From positions 992,001 through 1,056,000 of the forward strand of contig JBHGNT010000018.1 of NCBI GenBank assembly GCA_043228905.1: a stretch of DNA of 64,000 nucleotides, given 5' to 3'. This document shows positions 39,611 through 52,145 of the stretch, one piece after another. The notes under the pieces are model-generated. The model was not told the DNA's origin, ran no database searches, and saw only the letters and a program-made list of their open reading frames with translations. Positions within the stretch are counted from its first letter, which is position 1. Every line of letters begins with the position of its first letter. Both the position numbers and the translations under genes were made by a program. The DNA is from Azolla caroliniana (taxonomy: Eukaryota; Plantae; Polypodiophyta).

Positions 39611-41794
39611 ATAATACATGTTTCCTGTAAATCATTTTCCCTCTACTTTTTTTTAGCATACATTTAACCCTAAAATGTCATTCATAGTTTCAAAGTGGCA
39701 CAAAAGCCAACATATCATCCATCAATCTCTCTCTGAGAATCCACCGGTAACTTCACAACCAAAGGATGATTCATGATAACAACTTTCGTAACCACCTTTA
39801 CCCTCTCTCTCTATGCACAACCTTCTTTATTTTTTTCCTGCTACCCAAATGGCGTAAAACCTGTTACTCATTTGGAGACTCTTTGAAACATCTCTCAGTT
39901 CTTTATTCTGAGTATCAATCATAGTACTATGGTTTACCCATTAAACGAAACGCTAGATTCTGAGCCGTCAAAAACAGTGGAGAAAGATCAAGATTGTGAC
40001 CCGTAAAAAAAACACAAAACGATTAACCGTCAAATTATACACAAGAGCGCGAACTACATATTTCCCCATTAATTTACACACAGGAATTTTTCAACACAAA
40101 TGATTTCACAGACATTAATTGGCCTTTGCGCACATGCAAAATACGGACAAATAAGCAAAAAAATTTAAGCATGGCAAGAAATCAAATCAGAAATGTATAC
40201 AAAAGAAAAATGATTCCACTTCATTAAAGAGGGAAAAAGAAATTACACATACAAAAAATCATGGAGTTAACTCTTCGTTGTACAGAAACAAACAAAATCC
40301 CAAAAGCTCATAACTGTGTTACGAAAAATTATAGAATTCAAATTTAAACTAATTCAAATTCTTACCAGGAAATGGTGGAGAAATGGGTCAAATAATGAAT
40401 TAATTTATAGACGGAGGAGATACAGAATGAAAATATTTTCTTCTCTGAGAGAATTTTGGCAAACAGGGAACAAAATAATAGAGCTCAATTCTATCTGCAC
40501 TCCATAGATTAATTAACTGTTTCTAATTATTTACTCTCTGTATTAATATATATGTACATACATACAACAATAAAGAGAAAAAGGGTACATTCTATATTAT
40601 TTATTACCTTTACCTCATTTAATGAAGGCTTTTAATAAATAGATAATTTTCGGAATATTGCAAAAATGGCCTCTCCTGAGTGTCCTTCATTTAAGGGACC
40701 ATTTTCATATGCAACAATAAGCTCAATGTACTCTTTCTGGCTCACTCACTCAAATGTGATTCTCATATACATTGTTTCCTAGCCAGAGGAGCACATCTTG
40801 AACGAATACTCCTTCCGGACCATAGGTAAAGAAATATCATACACCCTTCATCGAATTCCATCTAAGCATTGCTTGGCTTGTTAACAGATACCTCGATCAC
40901 ACCTCTCTCGATAAGTCCAATCGGTCGTCTACATTCGTTTTGTAGAATTGAACATTTTCGGCTACCTATTGATAGCTCGGCCACAACCTCAATAAGAGTT
41001 CACAGGTCTACGGACCCCTCCAATACAAATTTTTAAATGCATTGCTTTTGGATACGACAAGCACATAAATCAAACCAACACCAAGGAAGATGGTTTCTTT
41101 ATTGAGCGTTGACTACGAGTCATGTAAGTTATCTACTCTGACACAGTAAATGTACATGTACAAGAATGACATCTTTTAGTCGATTTGTCGTTTATACTTA
41201 ACTACTGTAAAATGTGTATTCATGAACAAGTTGATGCGTGGAGATGCAATTATATCCATTCTAGGATCTCATAGCTACCCTTTTTGTTCTATGTTTGTTA
41301 CTGTGTCTATATAAATATATTAAATCAAGAAAGCATGAAAAACAAAAGTTTGACTCTTATGTAGTACAATGATCTACAATGGCCATGTGCCAACATGAGG
41401 CATTTATTAATTCAACCTCATCAACGATTCTAAGTAGTGCATCACACTACAGGTTCATCCAACTGCATGTTGCTTTGAATGGCTTTAGATGCACGATGCT
41501 CAATGTGTATGAGACTTTAAATGAACTTAATATGATCATTCATAGTGTTTTATCTATAAAGAGTCCAAATTTTGTTGACATCCTTCTCATGTGCATTAGT
41601 ATTTTGCATACAAATCAATTAGCAAAGTATCAAAGGTCGTAGATATGCAACTAGTAGAGAGGGCTTTTGGCCTAGAGTTAGCTATCATTTATCATTGTAC
41701 TTTTGGCATAAAGAACTTATCTTAATTAGACATAAGAATATTTTAACGTTTTGGATTGAGTAAAACAATACATTCCTTTTTGTTTAATCATAAG

Positions 41795-42179
41795 TAACAA
41801 TTGGCAACGGTTCGGTTTGAACCGAACCCAATCGCGAAACCGCGGCTTAACGGTTTAAACCCTTAGAATCCGCGGTTTAAACGGTTAAATGGTTTTTTTT
41901 TTAATTAACAAAAAAAATTTAAAAATAGTTTTTAAATCATCTTTTCATTTTCATGCCTTATTCTCACATTTTAAGAAAATCTTTAAAATTTTGAAAATTT
42001 TAAAATTTTAAAATTTAAATTTGACCTAAGCTGAAAACAAAAACCAAACCACGAAACTACGGTTTTACCGGTTTAATGGCTTAACGGTTTGAAAATTTTT
42101 TAATTGTTCGGTTTAACAGTTTCGTGGGTCGGTTCGGTTTTGACCCTCTCAAACTGAACTGAACCGTTGCCGATTGTTA
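41795..42179. mobile_element. hAT-type MITE
   Basis: TIRs TAACAATTGGCAACGGTT and AACCGTTGCCGATTGTTA, 8-bp TSD ATCATAAG/ATTATAAG, subterminal AACCG repeats. Confidence 0.88.
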
Positions 42180-43843
42180 ATTATAAGAAAAATGATATTT
42201 ATATTCTCTATGTATCCTTAAATCTATAGATGGAACAAATGTGCTACTGGCTGTTAAGAAGCAAGAGGGCTCATTATGCATTTTGAGAATGTATCCAATA
42301 GGGGATGGATAAATCAAATATTGACTTATTGGAACTAGCTCTTTGACAGTTAGATGGCACTGATGTTTCTCTATGGGTTATGGCATTTCAAAATCTAGAT
42401 CTAATAAGTTTGAAAATGGCCAACATTTGCCTATGAAGAAAGGAGAGGAAAAGGAGCTCGTTCTTAAGGTTAAAAACAACCTTACATCTACTTCGATAAA
42501 TTGCATGGAAAGCAACTAAAAAACTGATACAAATCAAACTTTTGAATTTCAAACAGATATGAGAAACAAAGAAATGTTGTGTAAGATGGGACACATTACA
42601 CTTGCATAATTATGTATCAATAGATACCAATGTATCATAGGCCGAGAAAAATGTGGATGCTCACATGTCATACATTATATTAAATATGTTGCACCAACCC
42701 ACAAATCTATCTTTTTCTCCAAATGGGGCAATCACATTCACTGAAACATACTATATACCATCCCTTTGTTTGTTGTCAAGAAATTCAAATATCATGATGG
42801 AGATTTTGGACCATTAGGAGAGATTGAGAATGGGGCCACTTTATCATTTAATATTCTTTAATGGCTTAATGGTAGTAGATTTCACTTGAAAAATGGGAGC
42901 TACAAGCTCAATTCTTACGAGAAACAAATACGAGAGGAAGATATTGTCTTTGAACGAAGTAGATGTAATTTCTTTATCAAGAGATGATCTACACTAAACA
43001 AATATGCCTTTAGGCTTCATCGAGGACCTTCATCTAGTTGTAGAAGAGATCCTCAATAAATGGACACTTTACCATCTACACTTTAGAACATGTCTAGAAC
43101 TTTTACTTTTTTAGGATAATGTATTTCCTTTGTGCATGCATAATGCATCATTTGATTCTAAAGTGGCCTTGAGTTTATGTTTGGTCGTCGTATGTTCATA
43201 ATCTTAATATATATTATGATCAGTGGCAGTTGTTGAGAGAGGGATTATGAAGTTCTTGGACGAGCCTCCACTAAGATCATCACTCTTCTCTTGGTTCTCA
43301 TCAATAATGACTATGTAAACTTCTTGCTTTTAAGGGCAAAGCAAGAAAGTGTGAAAGCGAATAATGAGGATGCATGCAATGCCCAAGGAGAAACATGAAA
43401 TGTGGGTCAAAATTATTAACATGGAACTCAAGGAATTAGAACAAAAAGTGGGGAGGGTTCGTGAACTGGTACAAGGGGTTCAAAGTTCTATTGTGATGAT
43501 GAGAAATTAGGCTTCCTTTGGTTTACTTTGGGAAAGAGTGGGAAGGCCTTAGGATTGGGGACATTCTCTAAATAGGGCCATTGTCGTGGGAGAGGGTAGA
43601 ATGGATTCACCTAGATTTCAAGTGAGTGGTGGATAAACGAAAATATTTGGTAGGTTGTATATAAACAAGGTTCTTAACGTAGTTCTTCTCAAGAAGGTCA
43701 ACACCAGTTATCCGATATATTGGCTTCTATCTAAATCTAGTCCCATTAGGTCCAATCTTCCTATTCATTGTCCTTGCTTCTCCTTTTCTATCTATTTTGT
43801 GTTTTATTAAGATTTGGCTAAGACAAAAGAATGAGGAAGTCCT

Positions 43844-44136
43844 TAACAATCAGCAACGGTTGAACCGAACCGAACCGCGAAACCGCGGTTTAAACTGTTT
43901 AACGATTTTTTATTTTTTTATTTTATTTTAAATTTTTTTTAAACAATCTTTTCATTTTTAGACCTTATTCTCACATTTTAGGAACATCTTTAAAATTAAA
44001 AAATTAAAACCCTGACCTAAGTTGAAAACCGAAACTGCGGTTTAACAATTTAACAATTTCGTGGTTTGGTTCAGGTTTCAAAAATTTCAAACGGTTTGGT
44101 TTTGACCCTCTCGAACCGAACCGTTGCCGATTGTTA
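43844..44136. mobile_element. hAT-type MITE, same family
   Basis: Same TIRs and a perfect 8-bp TSD GAAGTCCT at 43836-43843 and 44137-44144. Confidence 0.9.
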
Positions 44137-44182
44137 GAAGTCCTTACAAAAGGCTTATAATTTTCACCTTTATACTCTCTTT

Positions 44183-44581
44183 ATATTGTGGTGTGCATGT
44201 GTCTTTGTGCCACCCTTTTTAGGATGCATGTACCTAAGCCGACCCACCTTTTTAGCACAACCAACCCAAATGGGTACCTTTGTATCAACTATAAATTGAG
44301 CAAGAAGTAATAAGCTAAGCAGACTGGTTTTGATTCTTATGTGCATTTCACATAAGAGATCAAAACTTATATGTGTCCGTCATCTCCACCAATATGTGAA
44401 ATGCACATAAGAGATCAAAACCAGCCTAGTTAGCTTCTTACTTCTTGCTCAATTTATAGTTGATACAAAGGTACCCATTTGGGTTGGCTGTGCTAAAAAG
44501 GGTGTGCTAAAAGGGTGGGTCAACTTAGGTACATGCATCCTAAAAAGGGTGGCACAAAGGAACACATGCACACCACAATAT
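44183..44581. repeat. Long inverted repeat / foldback element (arms about 170 bp, loop about 40 bp)
   Basis: ATATTGTGGTGTGCATGTG...GCATTTCACATA is the reverse complement of TATGTGAAATGC...CACATGCACACCACAATAT with few mismatches and one short duplication in the right arm. Confidence 0.9.
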
Positions 44582-44792
44582 GAAACATATTTTATGTTTG
44601 TGGTCCTCCTTGAGAACAACATAATGGTTTACATATTACCCTGTTCAGAATTCTACATTTTGAAACTTTTACTTGGGTTAACTCAATCGTAAATGTGGAT
44701 AAAACAAAAATGAATGTTGCGCAAACCATCCAACCTCACAATACACCATGCTTACATATATAGGAGAATATGTAAAATTCATGTAAAGCTTT

Positions 44793-45182
44793 TAAGTATA
44801 GACTGATATTCTCCACGCATGATATTCGCAATATTCGAGAATATGAAAATTTGATATTTATTATAGAAATTTTATTGGTGTGCACTGTGAAGTCCCCTTT
44901 TCAATGTCACCTAAAACTATCCACAAAATTTGGGAGAGTAAAAAGTGAGGAATTAATGAATCTTTATTTTATTTTATTTATTTTTTAAAAATAAAACAAA
45001 TACTTTTACATTTATTATAGAAATATTGTTGGTTTCAACTTTCAAAGTCCCTTTTTTTTATTGTCCAAGGTCCCCATTTCTATATTTAGGAAACTAAAGA
45101 GGAGGGAGTTTATGAACTGTTTGTTTTTTAATGAATATGTTTCAATGCATTCGATGAATGCGAATATATCAATCTATGCTTT
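44793..45182. mobile_element. Possible old MITE
   Basis: Imperfect terminal inverted repeat AAGTATAGACTGATAT / ATATCAATCTATGCTT. No clear TSD. Confidence 0.4.
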
Positions 45183-45184
45183 TA

Positions 45185-46520
45185 GGTATCGTGGTACAAA
45201 TAAATGGACTCTGGAGTGTATGCTTAGAGTCTAAGCTTCAAGCTCGTTGGAAAAGGTATTATATGTTGGAAAACCAATGAAACCAAAGTGATACCCATGG
45301 ATCGGAAGTGAAATTAATGTTATTTAATACTATAATAACGCAAGTTTTGCTTTAAGGCGTAGAAAAGTGTAGTGAGTTACTATCCCTCTTAATGCATAGA
45401 ATGAGATTGTGAAGATTCAAATAATGCTTTTAAAGAGACAATTGAGAGTTAAATCCACCACCTCTATTAGGTTATGCTCTTGAGAACAAATGTTTGGCCT
45501 ATAGAGATATCGGTGCACTATTGAGAGTCTATCGATATATAACAAAAATCAAGAGTATACCAAATCATATATTATCACATTTTGCTTGGAATGTTAGATG
45601 TAAACTACAAAAGAATCACAAGAGCAAATTTCTCTTGTTTGTTCCATTAAAAAATGGTTCAAAAGATAGGATGTGGAAGATCTCTTGGAGCTTTTAAAGG
45701 ATGCTATGAAATATATGGTTATTGAGGAAAGGTTAATGGAACCACAAAGGAAGAAGTGCGAAGATGCTAAAAGAACCAAAATTAGAATATTATATTGCCA
45801 TCAACCCTAAATATTGGATTTAATATAAGCCAAGTAGGCCATTATTCATATTTAACCTTATCTCATTACTAACATGAGTATTGACTCTTGCATAGCCCTA
45901 ATGTTCCTTTGCACTTGATTGCACAAGCTAGGCATTGAAGTTGCATTAAGGCATCAATATTTGTTAAATACAAAAGGCATGTAAGACATATAAACAAGGG
46001 CTAGTAGAGAAGATGAATATAACTTGCTTCATGCTCCACTCATAGTGCAATTCGTGAAAGCTATGATGACATATTAAGAGGGTGTGATGACTTGATTGTC
46101 ACATTAAAGAGAACACCTAGAAGGTTGAGCTCATATGTGCATGCCTTATTCACACATCGAGAGAAGTATGAGTATCCCTTGTTAGGAAGGAGGCACACAT
46201 CAAGAAAACTTGTGTACTCAAGTCCCATGGATCGATATATGGCCCCTCTATGGACGATAAAAAACACATCTAATGTCTACGAGGAGCCTCTATTCATTCT
46301 TCACGATATTTAGATTCTTCTTCTCAAGAAGGAGACACACATCAAGAAAACATGTATACACAAGTCCCATGGGTCGATATTGGCTCTTCTACAAAGTTAA
46401 CAATAAAATCTAATACAGACTAATCTAATCTAATGTATACAAGGAGCCTCAATTCATTCTTTGGGATATTCATATTCAAATATGGATTATAGCAACTCTC
46501 GATACCCCCCCTCCCCTTCT
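45185..46520 (+). mobile_element. Degenerate LINE ORF2 C-terminal half (non-L1 type)
   Basis: LFNTIITQVLL*GVEK, LRVKSTT and IPNHILSHFAWNV...QKNHKSK, similar to about 55370-55440. Internal duplication of about 140 bp (46186-46310 and 46328-46470). Confidence 0.55.
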
Positions 46521-46618
46521 CTTTCTGCTACATTTGATAGTCTACTTGAAAGCCGATCCTTCAAAAACGAACGTTTCTTAGATACCGACAAATATCCTGG
46601 AAAAGGGCTTATTTCTAT

Positions 46619-46836
46619 GTAAGCGGTTTTCGGGTTTACCATTTTAGTGAAACCTTAGTAGGGGTAGTTTGGTAATTCTTTAAAACCACAGTAAGCGGTT
46701 TTCGGGTATTACCATTTTAGTGAAACCTTAGTAGGGGTAGTTTGGTAATTCTTTAAAACCACAGTAAGCGGTTTTCGGGTATTACCATTTTAGTGAAACC
46801 TTAGTAGGGGTAGTTTGGTAATTCTTTAAAACCACA
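46619..46836. repeat. Near-perfect tandem triplication of a 72/73-bp unit just upstream of the seipin start
   Basis: Copies at 46619-46690, 46691-46763 and 46764-46836, differing by a single indel. Confidence 0.95.
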
Positions 46837-46859
46837 TTTCTCTATATTACTGAGAATGG

Positions 46860-49800
46860 ATGGCTATGGAGGAGAAAGATCAGAGCAGGGCGGAACAGAG
46901 CAGAGATGCAATTACTGGTAATCATCGAAACTCATTCTGTCATTCTAAATGTTATTCTTTTTCTTTAATTTGAATTGCAGAAAATAGTTCTATTCTTTCA
47001 TACGAGAAATTGAGGGTTTCGGTATCATTCGTGTGCATGTGATTGCTGCTTTGTGTTTATGTATCTAATAGAGAAGAAGAAGGATAAGAGGAAGTGTTGG
47101 ATGAATCATCGTTGAGTAGTTTCCTTACCCTTCAAATTTGAGTTTCTGGCTCATTATCGACATGTGATTGTTGTGCATATGCCTATAAATCAGAGGAAGA
47201 GTTGCATGAATCATTCAAAAGTAGTTATTCTTTTATCACAATTTAGGGTGATTGTTTGGTTACGTGCATATGAATCAGAAGAAAAATTGCATGATTCATG
47301 CCAAAGTAGGTTCTTTTTCATCACAATCTAGATTTCTGGCTCATCAACTACGTTTGTATGTTGTGTATAGTCATATGAATTAGAAGAAGTGATGCATGAT
47401 CTAGTATTTTTATATGCATGCTTCATAATCTACATTTGATTTGTGTGTATTCATCTAAAGAAGACGAAGAATCATGTAAAAGTAGTATTCTGACCATAGA
47501 TTAGGAGTTCTGGCTCGTCATGTATATGCACGAGTAGTTTTCTTACAATAAATTAGGATTTGTAGTTAACCATCTACATATTATGGTTGTGTATATGCCT
47601 ATGAAGAAGAAGAAGAAGAATTATCAAGTAGCTTGTTACCGCCAATTATAATTTCTGGTTTAATATTTGCATCCAATTGCTACGTTTATGCATCCAATGA
47701 TGAAGAAATCGTGTGTGAATAGTTGTTTCACCATAAAGATTTTGGTTCTCTTCATCTGATCATTGTGTCTATGCATATGAATCAGAAGAAAGTTGCATGA
47801 ATAGTATCAAGGTATTAAGGTTTCTGTTTCATCATCCATATCCAGTTTTTTTGTGAATATTCATCTAAAGAAGAAGAAGAATCATGTCAGATTAGTCCTC
47901 TTACCACAAATCAGGGTTTCCTTTTCAACATGTACACTTGATTTTTGCATTTATGCATCTACAGGAGAAGAACAACAACCACCATGTCAAAGTAATATAG
48001 GTTTCTGGTTCATCATCTACATCTGATTGTTGTGTATGCAAGAAGAATAATGTTAAGAGTAGTTTTTTACCACAAATTAGGGTTTCTAGCTCATTGTTTA
48101 TGTGTGAATATTGTATATATACTTATGAAACAGAAGAAAAGTTGCATGAATCAATAGTGTCTTTTTTCACAAAGTAAGATTTTTGATTCATCATCTACAT
48201 CTGATTGTTGTATGTTTACATCTGAAATAGAGGAAGATATACATGAAACATGTTGTCAAGAGCTTGAATTGAGAAGCAACAATCTGGAAGAATCAAAGAA
48301 AAGTTTGAAATTTGGTTACGAATTCGTGAATATAGATTTTTTAGATGTGGGTTGCGCAGAAGAAATGGCATCATTGGGATCTAAATTTCCTTTTGAAAAT
48401 CAAGATTTGCAAGAGAAGCAATTGAAGAAATGGCCTCACTTGCATTTTGTTGCAAGCAATGGAGTTGATATTCATGCTAAGCAAACATCAGCGGAGAAAA
48501 CACACGTTTCCGGTGATAAAGATGAAAGCCCAGTAAAGACCATCAAAGAAGAATTGGACTGGTCGGATGTTTTTGATGATGAAACTGTTAAATCGAAATC
48601 AAAGGAATGTTTGTGGAAACATGGAATTTCTGAAAGTAAAGGAGGGATTCATGTAAATAAGCAAAAATCAGAGGAGAGACTGCACAAATATGAATCCTTC
48701 CAAGCCAATCAGTTCATGGAGGAAGAAACTGGCCGATCGCAAGTTGTAGGTGGTGAAACAGTTGTCAAGCTGAGGACAGAGGTTTTGCAAAAGTACAGAA
48801 ATTATGGAAGTAAAGAAGTTGTTAATCTTGTAAATAAGCAAAGATTGGAGGAGAAAACACAAAGCTTTGATGCTCATTTAGGTTTAAAAGGTAATCAAGA
48901 GGATAATTTACGTGATCATCACATCAGAGAAAAGGAACATGATAGGCACTCTGCTACAGATATAATGTTTCCTTATGATGGGATGTTGTATACTGAGCAG
49001 ATGACAAAACATGATAAGTCTTCAAATATGCTCATCCTGATTATCCAGTTCATAACATCTTATGTAAGATCTGCTTTTCAGTTTTTTTTAAGCTCAGTGC
49101 TTGTATGCTATCACTGCATTTTTTCTCTGAACATGAACTTCGATATCCCAAAAGTCAAAATCAACAGTTTTGAAAAGAAGAATATGAAGGTTTACAATGA
49201 GAAAGCAAACTCAGGTCTTGACAGGATTTCTCTTGTGAAACCAAAAACTGTCACAAGAGGAGTAAAGAATATCGCATTCGGATTCATAACCGCTATTTAC
49301 GTGGTGATTATTCTAAGTATCCTTTTCATAACAGCATTCATGTTTAGCTTCTTAGTAGTGAAATCATTGATTTATGAGCCAGTGAATCTGAAGAAAGAGT
49401 TGTATTTCGATTATACAAAGGACCATCCTGTAGCATCAATCAGTTTCGGAGAATACAAGATGTATTCACCGATGGAAACTATACTCAGAAGAGTATCATT
49501 GCCTGCAAGAAGGTTTCGTGCAAGCGTATTCCTTACCTTGCCAGAGTCAGACTTCAATAAGAAACTTGGCATTTTTCAGGTTTGTCACAATTACAAATTA
49601 ATTTTAGAATGCAATTCTTTTTGTTCCGTCTTTTTAAAGATAAAATTTCTGGAGTTATTGGTTAAGGTGGAACAATGTAATGACTTGCTAAATTTTTTAA
49701 CAAAAAAGGAGCCATAAACATCGACATGTTTTTGTGGAAATTAAAAATCCTCATCTTTGCACATGTATAAATGTGTTTCATTGAACATGTAAAGCCTCAT

Positions 49801-50544
49801 TCACCAAAGATCAGTCAAATATTTGAGCATGCTGGGTAAGAAACCATTTATGAACGGAACATATTCTGACATTATTATATAAAATTTCTACTAAATTCCA
49901 ATAAATTTGGGGTCACTTCTCACGTAATTTTTTGTATTAATTTTTCATATACGAAAAGGAAATTTGGCCCAGATTGGTAAAGAAAAGCCTTCTGGGAACT
50001 GTATGTGAATCAGAAAACCTCATGGCGTATCTTGTCTTTTAATAATCTGCTTTTTTTTTAGGTAACTGCAGAGCTTTTGTCAGTTACAGGTCAAGTGTTG
50101 ATGATTGGAAGTCAACCTTGTATGCTACATTTTCGGAGTACAATATTGCAATACACAAGGTCAATACTCCTGTCCATTCCAGTATTGACAGGAATATGGT
50201 CTGAGACACAAACACTAGCATTATCAATACTTGAGTGGCAAGAAGAGAGAAATTTTCATAGTGAAGGTATAAAGATATTGTTAGCACCAAGAGCAGGGTT
50301 TACTTTAGGAAGAGGGCTCCCAGAGATTTATAAGGCAGAAATCTATGTGAAGTCGGAGATACCATGGTGGTTCTCATTTATGGGATGGAGATGGACATTT
50401 TGTGTGTGGATTGCTTTAATTATATTCCTCGGAGAGGTGGTTTTGATACTAGGCTTGTTTAGATGCTTGCTTTTACCTGACTTGGCGTCCTTCTATACAT
50501 CATGCATCAAAACCATAAATGGAAAAAATTCCAGTGTTAAATAA
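46860..50544 (+). CDS. SEIPIN: Seipin (lipid-droplet biogenesis protein) with a long N-terminus, about 629 aa
   Basis: Exons 46860-46917 (less certain, phase 1), 48231-49579 and 50062-50544. TM helix followed by LYFDYTKDHPVA, LTLPESDFNKKLGIFQV, QPCMLHFRS, GLPEIYKAEI and a C-terminal TM WRWTFCVWI. Confidence 0.88.
46975..48260 (+). repeat. Degenerate tandem array (about 12-14 units of 60-110 bp) filling seipin intron 1
   Basis: Unit consensus close to GTAGTTTT..TACCACAAATTAGGGTTTCTGGCTCATCATCTACATCTGATTGTTGTGTATATGCATATGAATCAG-AAGAAGAGTTGCATGAATCATG. The last unit is the acceptor and start of exon 48231. Confidence 0.8.
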
Positions 50545-51795
50545 ATAAAAGCATATCATGGAAGAGAAGTTTTATAGATGGCAAGACCACCTAATTAGCA
50601 TCGGAGCTGATGGCTTATTATTATTGAGGAATAAAAGGTTGAGAAACCAAGTGAGAATCATGTGAACTCTACTATAGTATGCATTTCACCTTTATACTGA
50701 GGTGTAGCCCACATGATTTCATCTAAAGAATAATTGTATATAAAGCGTATAGAAATCTTCTTGATTCATCCATTGATGAATGGGTGCATCTAATGATGTT
50801 AATGGGTGATCTTTGTCATGCTAGCCAAAAAAAGAATGTTCAAAACCTGAAAAGCATAACAATTTCATGGCGAATTGATGTCAATTATACAACATGGTAG
50901 ATACTAAATTTTAATTAAAATCCTTTGTTGGAGAAGTTCTAAAACAAATGTAATTCTCTCTCTCTCTCTCTCTCTCTCTCTTGTAAACACGTTGTATTAT
51001 TATGAGAAACATGCATGCATAACTTATACAGTTTTCAAAAGTGATCAATGTGGAGGTCAAATGTGAAACATGATCTATGTAAAGACATTTCTTTCAAATG
51101 GAAAGGACTCTTGATATCATCTACAAATATACACCATGAGTTGGCGTTGCCAATTGATTTGCTAGTTGATTACAGTTTCCTCAACATTAGATGCTTGAAT
51201 TAATGAAGCTCAAGTCAAAATATAACCTCTACTTTTGATGGATGGTATAAAACATAATATTGTATTGTAAAAAGATAACATTTTATATGGGTGTGGGCCA
51301 ATGAAGCATGTTCAAACCAAGATGCTGATGGATGTAGAAAGAGTTTGAGATAATGACTGAATATTTGAGAGCCAAACACAAACAGACTATACCATTAAGA
51401 TTGAAAGGTAATGAATAGAAATTACATATAGGACAAAGTTGGTGCACAGAAGTTACAAAACCACTATTTCGTCACACCATTTGAGCTTATGATTGATATA
51501 CGCAAAACATCTTATATAATCATCTAGTTCATTGTCAATATAGAGGATGAAATTTCTCAATCACCAAACATTAGATAGCCATTTGGAAGCTGAAGGACCC
51601 TGTGACTGAAGAATGTTTATATGTACATATAAAAGGCTTCCACTCATCTGTATCAGTTATGATAGAAAATGCCGCATTACTTTTAAGCCGAAGTGATTTA
51701 TATTTCACTTTGCACGCCAATGGTGCTTCCTAGCTCAAGAATACTCTGAAGAAATATTTATGTATACATCATATATAAATTACATTTGGAGTATT

Positions 51796-52038
51796 AACTG
51801 AATTGTGTTGAGATTAGTTGATAGAAGAATGCTTAGTATTCTGTTTATAATTTTACATTGTTTGAGTTCGAATTGGCGCTGCCAGATTTGTGCTCAGCTC
51901 AGTCTTCAATATTCGTAACTGAATTGTGGTGAAATTAATTGATAGAAGAATGCTTAGTATTCTGTTTATAAATTTACATTGTTCGAGTTCGAATTAGAGC
52001 TGCCAGCTTTGAGCTCAGCTCAGCCTTCAATATTCGTA
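51796..52038. repeat. Tandem duplication of about 121 bp
   Basis: TAACTGAATTGTG...GATAGAAGAATGCTTAGTATTCTGTTTATA...CTTCAATATTCGTA occurs twice. Confidence 0.85.
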
Positions 52039-52092
52039 TCAAAACCACCTTCCTGTTATATGATATGTAGATTTTACAACAGAGTAGGCAAG

Positions 52093-52095
<3 letters not shown>

Positions 52096-52142
<47 letters not shown>
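52096..52142. repeat. (TC)n microsatellite
   Basis: Perfect dinucleotide run. Similar runs at about 50956-50980 (CT), 38180-38203 (AC) and 22452-22494 (AG). Confidence 0.9.

Positions 52143-52145
<3 letters not shown>

Noticed and set aside
46619-46836. CRISPR-like array
   Set aside because: Units are head-to-tail with no unique spacers, the context is eukaryotic and there are no cas genes.
48212-49717. The 501-aa ORF as a complete single-exon gene
   Set aside because: It reads through the donor at 49580, the seipin domain continues at 50062, and its ATG lies in the acceptor region of the intronic repeat.
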